This document shows, one piece after another, positions 1 to 10,365 of a stretch of DNA of 64,000 nt. A model generated the notes under the pieces. It was not told where the DNA came from. It saw only the letters and a program-made list of their open reading frames with translations, and did no database searches. Made by a program: the position numbers and the translations under genes. The stretch comes from Tetramitus jugosus (taxonomy: Eukaryota; Protista; Heterolobosea). Location of the stretch: positions 186,001 through 250,000 of the forward strand of contig OW569378.1 in assembly GCA_937625935.1 (NCBI GenBank), read 5' to 3'. Each line of letters opens with the position of its first letter. The first letter of the stretch is position 1.

Positions 1-157
1 GTATGCCATCACAGACTTGTAAACAGAGCCAGTCCAAAAACGTCAGAACATTCGGCAAAATAAAACGAACTGCGCCCAACAAAAAAAGAACAAGCTCCGC
101 GCAGAAAAAAACCCAATCACATCCCTGTTCACAAAACAACGACTTGTTTTTTTCATA

Positions 158-1261
158 ATGGAGGAACTACCGGATGAATTGCTGCTTATTGTCTTGGATT
201 TTTTGAACTCTGACGAAATTTATTGCATCGTCTCTCGTGTCAATAGACACTGGTTCGACGTCATCCATGACCGATGTCCCTGGAAGGCACGAAGCTTACA
301 ATTATTTTCTCCGACTACCCGGTCGGAGAAGGAATTTGAAGAGTTTACGGCGGATATGGACATTGTGGATTGGAGAAGGTTGTATCGTATGGTCAACCCA
401 ACCAAATTCTCTCAATTTGACCCAGCTAGAACATGTGCAAGTCTAGAGAGAGTTTGTGATGGTTCCTATTTGCGTTTCCGTCAGAACATGCAGCTCTCCA
501 ACTGCAGTTCACAAACTCTGAACGGATTCAAGCCAAAGAATCAATTGCTGTACATTTGGGAGGTCAAGGTGCAAACTCACAAGTCTGCCAATCTGTCCAT
601 TGGACTCGCAGATCACTATTTTCGATTGGAGGAGAACTTTGTGGGTTACAGGGCGCAAAATGCACCTGATCACGTGAAAGCTCCATCATTTTCACTGAGC
701 AGCGATGGTAAATTGCGTAAGGGACTTGATTCAATTGATAGCCAACTCGGAACATGTTATGGTGAGTCGGACCATGTTACCATTATTGTTCGTTGTGATA
801 CGGATGTGCCATCGATGCTATTTTTCAAGAATGGTGAATTAGTGGCTGATTGGAATACGGATGGTATTGACATGGATCGAATGTACTACTTTTCTGTCAC
901 TCTCTATTCACCACTAGATGAATTGTACATTGTGACGGAGGCAGAGGAGAAGCAACCACCACCAAGAGAGGCAATAAGTGAATATGAAACGCCTTGGCCT
1001 CAAGAAACTGTGGATGATTTTGCAGATACTTCTGGGATCTTGTTGCCTGAAGAGGGAGACGACGAACCAACCAAACGTCGTCACACGTACAGCATTTCCA
1101 TAGACGAGGTCATTGAGATTTACAAAAGTGTTCGTGCCAACAAATTACTTTCGAAAAAAGAAACAAAAACAAAAGTTGTGGAGACTGTGAATACCACACC
1201 GACGCAGGTGCCAAAAAAGACAGCTCCAGCTCCTCCGAAAAGATATTGTTCGCTCATGTAA
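158..1261 (+). CDS. F-box + SPRY/B30.2 domain protein (putative SCF substrate receptor)
   Basis: N-terminal F-box (LPDELLLIVLDFL...VSRVNRHW); SPRY-like core (YIWEVKV, LSIGLA, FVGY, SFSLSSDG, MLFFKNG, YFSVTL); 367 aa. Confidence 0.8.
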   Translation: MEELPDELLLIVLDFLNSDEIYCIVSRVNRHWFDVIHDRCPWKARSLQLFSPTTRSEKEFEEFTADMDIVDWRRLYRMVNPTKFSQFDPARTCASLERVCDGSYLRFRQNMQLSNCSSQTLNGFKPKNQLLYIWEVKVQTHKSANLSIGLADHYFRLEENFVGYRAQNAPDHVKAPSFSLSSDGKLRKGLDSIDSQLGTCYGESDHVTIIVRCDTDVPSMLFFKNGELVADWNTDGIDMDRMYYFSVTLYSPLDELYIVTEAEEKQPPPREAISEYETPWPQETVDDFADTSGILLPEEGDDEPTKRRHTYSISIDEVIEIYKSVRANKLLSKKETKTKVVETVNTTPTQVPKKTAPAPPKRYCSLM

Positions 1262-1435
1262 TATAGACACCACATACCTTTGTAAACTAAGTTTATTCAA
1301 TTTCACACATTTTCTGAGATCTTCGCTCTGTCGGAACCAAAAACGAGTTCCCTTGCGCGGTTTTCAACTCAGGGAACTTTTGACAAGGTGTCATAACAAA
1401 AATACGAAACAATTTGGGGAAACCACAGAACAAGC

Positions 1436-4400
1436 ATGCAAATCATAAAGTGTCTATTGATACTATGTTTGATCCATTTATTATGTCCCGAAAGTACCAT
1501 TTCCAATTGGATTCACAAGGGAAGCAACATTCCATTCGGCATCTCGTTTGTGCGTGCCCAAAGGGTTCGCAGAGTAAATGTTCCTCTAGGTGCACTCATC
1601 ACGGCAGGTGTTCATGGATCGTCACATCAAATGGCCATGGAGATTGCTGTCGAAGCATTGAATGCTCTACCACCTCTAACACCTGAACAATCTCTCTTCA
1701 AGATTCAACCCGTTTTCTCTCTCAAGGTACGTAACACGACTGGACCACAGAATGCGGTTCAACAGGCTTCGGATCTGATCACTGTTGATCAAGTAGTGGG
1801 TATTGCTGGTCCTGTCTATAGCTCGGAATCCCTGCCCATCTCCTACCAGGTAGCTACGCCGATGAAGAAACCGATTGTAAGTTATGGTGCAACGAGTGGA
1901 GCACTTGGAAATATGACCGAACACCCTTATTTCATGAGAACTGTTCCCGCCAATCAACATATATCAGAAGCTCTAGTTGATTTGATGTATTTGATGGAAT
2001 GGTCGAATATTGTTGTGATTGCGAGTAATGAATCATATGGTGTTGACGGAGCACAACACATTCGAGAGTTGGCTCAATTTAAGCAGGTGAAAATAGCAGA
2101 GGTCAACATGGTGGGATCCGAAGACGATATACTTCGTACATTACAAATATTGAGAAGCCGGGGACCCACTACTGTCGTCGTCTTTATAGCCCAATTTCAA
2201 TTTCTGAACTATTTGATTCATAACGTCAACGCTATGAATATGACCAAGGAGAAGTATGTCTGGCTCTTTTCTGAGACGTACTCTGATTTGTTCCATATGA
2301 ATTCATTTAGTGCAATAGAGCCATACGATACGTCATTATTGGGAAAAGTCGATCGGTTGCTCTATGCTCGTATTGGCACTAGTTTCTGGGTGAAACAAAA
2401 GTTCTTACTCGATAAATGGATGGAAAGAACAGGTCACTACAACATCAATCACTTGGATCCGTTTGCATATGATGCTATCATGTGCATTGGACATGCAGCG
2501 AGATCGCTGCTAACTAACAAATTGAATGTGAACGATGGGGAGATATTACAGGCTGCTATTCAACGCTTGGACTTCTTAGGTGCCAGTGGTCGTGTAAAGT
2601 TCTCTTCACTTGGTAAGGATGCCGAAAGAATAGGATCTACAGTGTATATTTCTAACATGCTGGACGTCAATGGTGAAATTAATACTCTCAATGTTGTTTC
2701 CTGGGATATGGAGAACTCATTGTCTATATTGAGAGATGCCTTTGGGCAGTCCTATGTATTTCTGCCTGGTGAGGCTGAACCAATCAACTTGGCAAGTTCA
2801 GAAAGAACACTTCATAGTACAATTAGCGCAACTAATCAATGGAAAACTCTACCTCGAAACAATAACCCTCCTCCTAAGAGACATAGTTTTTGTTCTGCTG
2901 TGCACTCTTCTAATGATGAGATGGTTTTATTCGGAGGGTCCACCCTCTACGACATTCTATCAGACTTTTGGCGATTTTCATTCAAAACTCAACTCTGGAC
3001 CCAGATATTTCCCCTTTCTGATCGGCCGAGAGGTCGAAAGGATGCAACATGCTTTATTATCGATGATGAATTTTATTTGTATGGTGGATTTGATAACAAT
3101 CGATTCTTTGATGATGTGTGGAGATTTTCGTTTACTACCTATCAGTGGACTGAGGTGAAATTTGTAGATGAAATCCCAACCCCCAGAAGATCAGCTCGAG
3201 CTGCAGTTAGTGCCAAGGTTGCTTATATTTTCGGAGGTGAATCCATTTTGGGAAATATGAATGATGTTTGGAAGCTTGAGACAAATAAGCTCACACTTAT
3301 TCAACCAAATGCCAGTTCTGCTGAACCTGTGGGGCTCAGAGATCACTGTGTTGAAGTGTACAATCATACTTTGATTGTTTTTGGTGGAAGATCGACGGAT
3401 TATCCTGGTGGTTCAAACGAGTTATGGTTTTTTAACTTGGACACACTCACTTGGACCCAACAAACTCAGATTAAACCTCCTCAGGCTAGATATTCCTTGG
3501 TATGTAGTATCATACGAAACGAATTGTGGGTTGGATTAGGATGGAATTCGGTCAGTGAAGGAGTGCAGCTCAACGATTTCAGGGTTGTTAACATCGATGA
3601 GTCTTCAAGTGTTCAAACATGGAGAACAATCTCGAGTAATCTAGGATACTATGGACATGATGGAAGAGACTCCTCTGTAGCTTTGTTTTATGAAAATTAT
3701 TTGCTATGGACCGCAGGGTGGGCTACTGATACAATTAGGAACGATTTCTGGAGGATAGATACCTATGCAAAACGGGTTGAGCAAATTCATGACGATAAAT
3801 TATCTCCACCTGGAATGGCCAAACATACTACTGTTATGATTGGTAATAATGCCGTTCAGTTTGGTGGTATCAATTCTCTATCGGTTCCTATTGCTCACAT
3901 ATACCAGTTCAATGTTGACAGTGAGATTTGGTCGTCAGTTGAACCAACTGGCACAGGTCCTAGGGCAAGACATGACCATGCTGCTTGTTCTATTGGAGAT
4001 CAGATGTTTGTTTTTGGTGGATATAATTCAGCTTCTGACGAATACTTTGGAGACTTCTGGGCCTGGAGCTCTGTGCTCAATTCATGGAGAGAAATCGTTG
4101 TTGATGATCCAAAGCCTGGTCCAAGAGCATTTCACAGTATGCAATCAATCAATGATGGGCAGAACATTATTCTTTATGGAGGGGTGAATAGAAATACTTT
4201 CCTTCAAGAAGTATGGATGTATGATGTATTCGAGGAAACGTGGTCCGAGAAGACTACCAATTCCACTATTTTGCCGGAAGTGTTTGGAGTAAGATCTACC
4301 GTTCTCAATAACACTTTCGTGGTTGGTATGGGAGCAAGTAGCTCTCTCGCCCCAGATTCATCTCTCTACACGATATCTGGAGTGGCTGATAATTCAATGA

Positions 4401-6283
4401 ACATACAACAGTATTCGAATATTGTGGATTTCACGAAAACTCTAGGTACGATATCTGGGATATCTCATGACACAATCTTTATGTTTGGTGGTAATATCTA
4501 TGGTGAACTGTCTAATGAGCTCGTTAGAATCTCCCCTAATGGAACAGAAGTAGTAGATGTGTCTAGTTCATTCAATACCCCCTACCGAAGAGATCAACAT
4601 ACTTCAGTGTTTCATGGTGATCGATTGATGATATTTGGTGGTGTTGGTCCCATTACGAACAGATTATACAGAAATAGTGAGAATATTGGACACGATGTAT
4701 GGGTTTTTAGACTAGGTCCAACCTGCGCTGTTGAATCAGGTCTAAATCTCTGTCATGCGTGTGGAGTAGGAACCTATCAGTATAGAGCTCAGTGTTTATC
4801 GTGTCCCTCTGGATACTATAACAATCGCGTGGGACAAAACTCATGCACAGCTTGCCCAAAGGGATTCTTCAACACAATTGAAGGTGCTTCAAGCATCGAC
4901 TTTTGCTATCCCTGTCCTGAAGGTAGTTACAACGATATCGAGGGACAGAAGTCGTGCAAGCCATGTAATAAGACTGAGTTTTGTCCAATAGGTTCACAGC
5001 TACCACTGTCATTCGATTATTATTACAACACGACAAGTGAAGTGAAGTCCAAGCATCCGCAACCTCATGAGAACACACCAATTAGAAATCGAAACTTGAA
5101 CGTGATTGCTCTGGCAATTGCTGGTTTGGTCGCTATAGTCCTGTTCATATTGTATGTCATCACAAGGAAGAAATTAGATAAGTACTTTACTGGAGTTGAT
5201 TTTCTCTTTGATGATATGCACAATATCTTGCAGGGACCCATGTATAGAAAAAAGAACAGCTTTGGAGGCTTTGCCTCTATTGTTGCGTTCTTCTTTGTTA
5301 TTGCTATCATTATTTCTACGCTCGTACCTGCCATCACAGACAATATCGTAGAAAGTAGATCACTGATTCCCAATCTTGCTCTGAAACAACAAGTTCGAAC
5401 TTCTTTTACTGCTACAGTCAACTTAATGGACTATAGAGGAGCTTGCTCAAGATCAAACTCATCATTATGTGCTCTCAAGATTAGAGCTTATACAACAGGC
5501 CTTTCATTACAGAATCGAATGTACTCATGTCAAGAACACGCTGACTATTCATTATTAACGAATCAAAGAAACTGCACTATCACGTTTGATTGTCTTGGAT
5601 GCTCGTTCGACAATACAGACAAAGCCTCCTTGAAATTTGATATAGTGGAACCAAATGCTTATGCTAATGGATATCAATGGTCCTTTACAAGCATGAGTAG
5701 CTACCCCAAGCAAAATTCCAGTGTGAGTGGTGTAGTTCTGTCATCAAACAGCACCTTCTATCGAGGTATCTCTCAGCCAACCACAGTAGAATTGAATGCG
5801 ATTCAATCATCGTATCGCAGATCTGATGTTAAAGCGACCACCAAGAATGCTGGTTGGTTTCTTGACTACAGTTCATACACTCGAGGAGAGGAAACCGATT
5901 GGCGGGGCTTCAACCACAAGAATGGTGTCAGTTTCAAGTTCGATATCGCTAGAAGTGCTAGTTCCCTTGAGGTCATCCAACAACAAAGAAGAGATTTCAC
6001 AGAAGTTATCAGTGCTCTTCTCGGTGGTATTGCTGGTTTATTGGGTCTAATAGGTAAGGTTATGCAGAAACTTGAGCTAATATCCAAGCGGGGCTTGAGT
6101 GTGCTGTGGCGACTCTATGACAAGAAGAACGAAAAGAAAATGAGGAATGGCAATATATCAGGAGACCTCTCAGTTCCACTCAATGACGAGTTAGACGATA
6201 TTTCTGAGGATGACCTAGAAACAGTGGATGTAATTTCTGAAGTGGCACCGAGAAGGACTCCCTTTGCTCGGATGCGGTCTTAA
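1436..6283 (+). CDS. Large membrane receptor: signal peptide + Venus flytrap (ANF-receptor) domain + two kelch beta-propellers + Cys-rich repeats + 3 TM helices
   Basis: VVGIAGPVYSSES, PIVSYGATS, PYFMRTVP, AYDA, FLGASGRVKF (VFT motifs); about 11-12 kelch-type FGG/YGG...DxW repeats; CxxCPxGxY repeats; hydrophobic segments at about 5093-5164, 5261-5326 and 6002-6055. Confidence 0.85.
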   Translation: MQIIKCLLILCLIHLLCPESTISNWIHKGSNIPFGISFVRAQRVRRVNVPLGALITAGVHGSSHQMAMEIAVEALNALPPLTPEQSLFKIQPVFSLKVRNTTGPQNAVQQASDLITVDQVVGIAGPVYSSESLPISYQVATPMKKPIVSYGATSGALGNMTEHPYFMRTVPANQHISEALVDLMYLMEWSNIVVIASNESYGVDGAQHIRELAQFKQVKIAEVNMVGSEDDILRTLQILRSRGPTTVVVFIAQFQFLNYLIHNVNAMNMTKEKYVWLFSETYSDLFHMNSFSAIEPYDTSLLGKVDRLLYARIGTSFWVKQKFLLDKWMERTGHYNINHLDPFAYDAIMCIGHAARSLLTNKLNVNDGEILQAAIQRLDFLGASGRVKFSSLGKDAERIGSTVYISNMLDVNGEINTLNVVSWDMENSLSILRDAFGQSYVFLPGEAEPINLASSERTLHSTISATNQWKTLPRNNNPPPKRHSFCSAVHSSNDEMVLFGGSTLYDILSDFWRFSFKTQLWTQIFPLSDRPRGRKDATCFIIDDEFYLYGGFDNNRFFDDVWRFSFTTYQWTEVKFVDEIPTPRRSARAAVSAKVAYIFGGESILGNMNDVWKLETNKLTLIQPNASSAEPVGLRDHCVEVYNHTLIVFGGRSTDYPGGSNELWFFNLDTLTWTQQTQIKPPQARYSLVCSIIRNELWVGLGWNSVSEGVQLNDFRVVNIDESSSVQTWRTISSNLGYYGHDGRDSSVALFYENYLLWTAGWATDTIRNDFWRIDTYAKRVEQIHDDKLSPPGMAKHTTVMIGNNAVQFGGINSLSVPIAHIYQFNVDSEIWSSVEPTGTGPRARHDHAACSIGDQMFVFGGYNSASDEYFGDFWAWSSVLNSWREIVVDDPKPGPRAFHSMQSINDGQNIILYGGVNRNTFLQEVWMYDVFEETWSEKTTNSTILPEVFGVRSTVLNNTFVVGMGASSSLAPDSSLYTISGVADNSMNIQQYSNIVDFTKTLGTISGISHDTIFMFGGNIYGELSNELVRISPNGTEVVDVSSSFNTPYRRDQHTSVFHGDRLMIFGGVGPITNRLYRNSENIGHDVWVFRLGPTCAVESGLNLCHACGVGTYQYRAQCLSCPSGYYNNRVGQNSCTACPKGFFNTIEGASSIDFCYPCPEGSYNDIEGQKSCKPCNKTEFCPIGSQLPLSFDYYYNTTSEVKSKHPQPHENTPIRNRNLNVIALAIAGLVAIVLFILYVITRKKLDKYFTGVDFLFDDMHNILQGPMYRKKNSFGGFASIVAFFFVIAIIISTLVPAITDNIVESRSLIPNLALKQQVRTSFTATVNLMDYRGACSRSNSSLCALKIRAYTTGLSLQNRMYSCQEHADYSLLTNQRNCTITFDCLGCSFDNTDKASLKFDIVEPNAYANGYQWSFTSMSSYPKQNSSVSGVVLSSNSTFYRGISQPTTVELNAIQSSYRRSDVKATTKNAGWFLDYSSYTRGEETDWRGFNHKNGVSFKFDIARSASSLEVIQQQRRDFTEVISALLGGIAGLLGLIGKVMQKLELISKRGLSVLWRLYDKKNEKKMRNGNISGDLSVPLNDELDDISEDDLETVDVISEVAPRRTPFARMRS

Positions 6284-6360
6284 GAAGGCTAGCACACGAC
6301 TACAGTGAATAAACAAAGAGAAACAGCAAGCGTGTACCTGTACAAACTCTTTTACAATCA

Positions 6361-8193
6361 TCATATTCCTGACGGTGGAACCATTTCATCTGAATCTGCC
6401 AAAGAATACTTCTTTGGATAGAATGTCGTACAAATGATCCACATCATGAAATAGTTAATGAGCTGTTCTGTGGCCACCAACACCCAATAATTGACCCACG
6501 AGACCAGGGCATACTGCAACAAAAAGGTGAAAATCGGAGCAGCCAAGAACAAGTAGTAGCTCGTTCGGAAAGTTTTCAGCATTTTCATCTTGATAAACAC
6601 TTCACCTGTATCGCCAGAGAATTGTTGCTCCAGTGAAGCAATCCTCAAACGCTCAATACTCTGGTTGATGGACATAATGATGCCAAATATCAACATGAGC
6701 TTAATGATACGATAGGATAGAACATAGGCTGGACAGAGCGATGGTTGTCTACAGAATGCATAGAGAACTCTGAACAAAAAGTACAAGAAGAAGGCCAGTG
6801 AGAACGTGTTTTGCACACGTCGAATACCCATGGATTCAATCATTGTCCATCCCATAGCCACCAACAATAGAATCAACAAGAAGAAGGTGTCTCCAACAGC
6901 ACTCACAATCTCCAACGTAATTTCCAACGTGGACGAAAGTTGTCCCTGCTTGGACAATATCTGATAGTAAGCATAGGCAGCAATCATGGCAGCCATTTGT
7001 GCCACAAAGCAAAACGTAATCAACAAATGCAACCGCGTAAAGCTCTTACTGTGTTTCCAATCCATTCATTCATTCATATTCAAACAACCAAAGTTCAACA
7101 AATCACATGCGAAAAATAGACAAACAACCATTAACATTCAAAATCATCACCCAATCAAATAACAACAATAATAAACAATCAAGCAATCAATCAATTAATC
7201 AATGTACACAACAACATACACATTATAAACAGATAAACCAATCCAGTACAGTGTCAAAGCACCATACAACACTGCCAACACATAATACACGAGTACAAGT
7301 GGCACTGTTTGCGTACTCAAGTGTTGATTATTCGGATTCAATGTCATCATATCCATCTCCACACTGAACGTACTCGGAGAATTCGGTTCACACTTCAACA
7401 ACAAGAAGGCATAGTGATCCGTTTCAGTCACATCAAAATCATATTGAACAGAGAACGAATGAGCATTATTCGAATGGAATACTCTTCTTCTCAATTTCAT
7501 CTTATTGTTATTCACTTGTCTCTCATCATCATCATCTTTTTCTTGTTGTTGTTGATAAAAAGAGTCAATCATGATTGATTTCATTGCGTCATTCAAGTCA
7601 TCATCATCATTCATATGACTAGTCACATTACTATTGTGATTGTTATGGTTGTTGTAATTGGCCAACCAATCTTGTTGTGAAGATGCGATTGGAAATCGTG
7701 CAAAGGATGGTAATTCACAAAAGAAGGGTGCATACTTGGATGCAGTGTCCCACTTTGCTGCACTCAACAAATTCCAAATATCGGCTCTAATCACAGCAAA
7801 CACCAATTTTGCATCATTCACTGCCTTTGCATTCTATAAAAAGAATATGATTGTGTGTGGTGTGTCAATACAATATTGATTTTGTTGTTCAAAAACGAAC
7901 ATCAAAAAAAACGAGAGTGAATGATGATGTGATTGTGTGAGTGTTGTTGGTTGGCCAGTACGTACGGTGGATGAAATGTTGAAAGAGAGGTAACCACCCT
8001 TTAGAAATCCAAATCCATCAATCTCAATGTTCACTGCGTTCCATACTCTATCTTGATCGAATTGAACAGTCTTGTGACTGATCATTGCATGTGTTGTTAC
8101 TATGATACATGTGAATAATATTATCGAAATAAGAAAGAGAGACCACCGTTGATGATGATGATGATTTCTCTGTTGTTTGATCATCCTCGTCAT
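6361..8193 (-). CDS. GPR107/GPR108/TMEM87-like (GOST, lung 7TM receptor family) protein, 3 exons
   Basis: Exons 8193-7966, 7833-7220, 7048-6361; introns 7965-7834 (GTACGT..TAG) and 7219-7049 (GTATGT..CAG) restore the frame; signal peptide, FGFLKGG, LNPNNQHLS, LLLVAMGWT, about 7 TMs. Confidence 0.75.
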
Positions 8194-8301
8194 GGTTTGT
8201 CTATTTTTTGTGTTTTTGATTTCTTTTGGCGGCTTTTTTTTTGTTCGCTAGAAGCTTATTTTGGTGTGGTGCATGGTGGCAGATGGAGAACTACAGATTA
8301 T

Positions 8302-10005
8302 TTATTTGCGACTGTTGCTGCTGTTTCTGTTGTTGCCCTTCTCTTCTTCCTTTCTTCTTTTTGGAATGTACACCTCACAGAGATACTTTCGAACAACACT
8401 TGTAGCACTCTTTTGCTTTGATGCTTCACCTGTGCTGGTATAAGAGAAACGAGCTCGAATAAACTCGTGTTCCAACAGCTGGAATGCTGATGGTCTGTGT
8501 GAGGGATTCATCCTCAAACATTGCTTCAAAAAATCTTGGAATGACGCAGAAATATTGAGAGCTTGATAATCAATGCCTAGTGATGACTCTGCTCCTGTAT
8601 TCTCTTCCTTGTGTCTGAGAACAAGGTCCCAATATTGCCCTTGTTCCATTGGGTTCTTTCCGATTGCCAATTGGGCCAATGAGAGACCCAATGACCAAAT
8701 ATCACTGTCAAAACCATGAGCTTCACCCATGATTCTCTCTGGTGACATGAACAGGCATGTTCCTGCATAAGTCTTAAAAACTTTTCTCTTCATTTCGCCA
8801 TCGCCGTGTCCTGCCATTCCAAAATCGGCCAACTTGACTTCTCCCTTTGAATTCACCAACAAATTCTCTGGCTTAATATCTCTGTGGACAATGGATCGAC
8901 AGTCGTGAAGGTGATGCAAACCGGTGAGCACTTGCTCTGCAATCCTCGACAGGATATTCTCTGGTACGCAACCACAATAATTGACCAAATCGGACAATGA
9001 TCCACAGTCCATGTACTCCAACAACATGTACAGCTTCTGTTGTCGATGATAGGCGTCATACATGCGAATAATGTTTCGATGTGACTTCTTATGTGACTCG
9101 TACAGTGCCTTAAACTCTGCCACGATAATCTTGTGCATTTTTTCGTCACATTTTGGATCGAATGGAATCTCCTTGAGTGCATACTTTTTCTTTGAGACTT
9201 TATGAGTACATTTTTTGACTTTGGCACATGCACCTGCACCAATGGTTCTCTCTGAGATTTGCAAGTCAGCAAAATCAATACCTCTAGATTTGGATGACGG
9301 TGTTAGCTTTTTCCGTCTTGCTGTGGTTGAAGAAGATGATAGGGAGTGGTTGGTGGGTGTGATTGGTGAGATGGGTGTAGTTGGGGTAGTTTTTGTGAGT
9401 GGTTGTGATGAGGATGAGATTTGTACTTGCTCAAACAGTGATGTCAAGCTCTGACTTGAAATGTCATTGTTTGATGGTTCGCGATGATGTACGGTATTCT
9501 GATTTTGGCGCTCAACATTGTTGCCATTGTTGGTAAAATTGTCCGTTTGTATCGGAGTTTCTGGAATTGGGGAATCGTCAAAAGCTCCGATTTGTCCCTC
9601 CTTGTTCCTAACAATAATCGTGTTTGCATCATTAGCATGCATCACATCATCGTGTGCCAAAGTTGCTGCTATCGTTTCATGATTGCTTCTCTCAGTCACA
9701 TTCACTGTTGGAGGTGGAGTGTCAAGCGGAGAAATAGAATCGGAGGTATTTGTCGTAGTTGAAGTGGTTGTGGTGCCAGAAGGTCCAATCTTGGTGACTC
9801 CATCAACAATGAAGCTGCCAGAGCTAGAGGTAAATTTGGGTGACTCGGAATTTTCTAACGAAGGAAGAGTGAGCAACGGTTTGTACTGATGACTCTTCTT
9901 CTTTGACGAAGAGAGAAGAGGTGGCCTTCTTCGTGCATTGATGGTTGGAGTCGAGGGAGTGGAAGGCGTGGGTGTTGTCGAAGAGGTGGTGTTTTTGTTA
10001 CTCAT
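8302..10005 (-). CDS. MAP kinase kinase (STE7/MEK family)
   Basis: ALKEI, LEYMDCGSL, HRDIKPENLL, GEVKLADFG, GTxxFMSPERI, SDIWSLG; N-terminal basic/LxL docking-like motif. Confidence 0.9.
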   Translation of the reverse strand: MSNKNTTSSTTPTPSTPSTPTINARRRPPLLSSSKKKSHQYKPLLTLPSLENSESPKFTSSSGSFIVDGVTKIGPSGTTTTSTTTNTSDSISPLDTPPPTVNVTERSNHETIAATLAHDDVMHANDANTIIVRNKEGQIGAFDDSPIPETPIQTDNFTNNGNNVERQNQNTVHHREPSNNDISSQSLTSLFEQVQISSSSQPLTKTTPTTPISPITPTNHSLSSSSTTARRKKLTPSSKSRGIDFADLQISERTIGAGACAKVKKCTHKVSKKKYALKEIPFDPKCDEKMHKIIVAEFKALYESHKKSHRNIIRMYDAYHRQQKLYMLLEYMDCGSLSDLVNYCGCVPENILSRIAEQVLTGLHHLHDCRSIVHRDIKPENLLVNSKGEVKLADFGMAGHGDGEMKRKVFKTYAGTCLFMSPERIMGEAHGFDSDIWSLGLSLAQLAIGKNPMEQGQYWDLVLRHKEENTGAESSLGIDYQALNISASFQDFLKQCLRMNPSHRPSAFQLLEHEFIRARFSYTSTGEASKQKSATSVVRKYLCEVYIPKRRKEEEKGNNRNSSNSRK

Positions 10006-10365
10006 GTGTGGCGTGCTTTAATTCTCTCGTCGATTTCTCTTTGTTGTGTTGCTTGATGATTTTGCTTTATAAAGGAAGCGAAGGGTGTTTTCTTCGGTGG
10101 AGCGAAACGGGATGTGCGTCACTTTTTTTTTCCAGATGTTCGCCGACTTGTGTGTTTGCTTTTCAATTTTTTATCAGAAATTGAACACTTCAGTTTTGAA
10201 AGCGAACTTGCATGGTTGTTGAGTCTAAAAATAATTTCAACACTTGTTCCAAAATCATGTTGGATGCGCGATGTCCAGTCAGAGTCTTTGTGGCTAACGT
10301 TGTTGGTTTGGAGTGGACACTTGTCTTGCTGATTGGATGACCTGGCAATAACAAATAGTACATCA

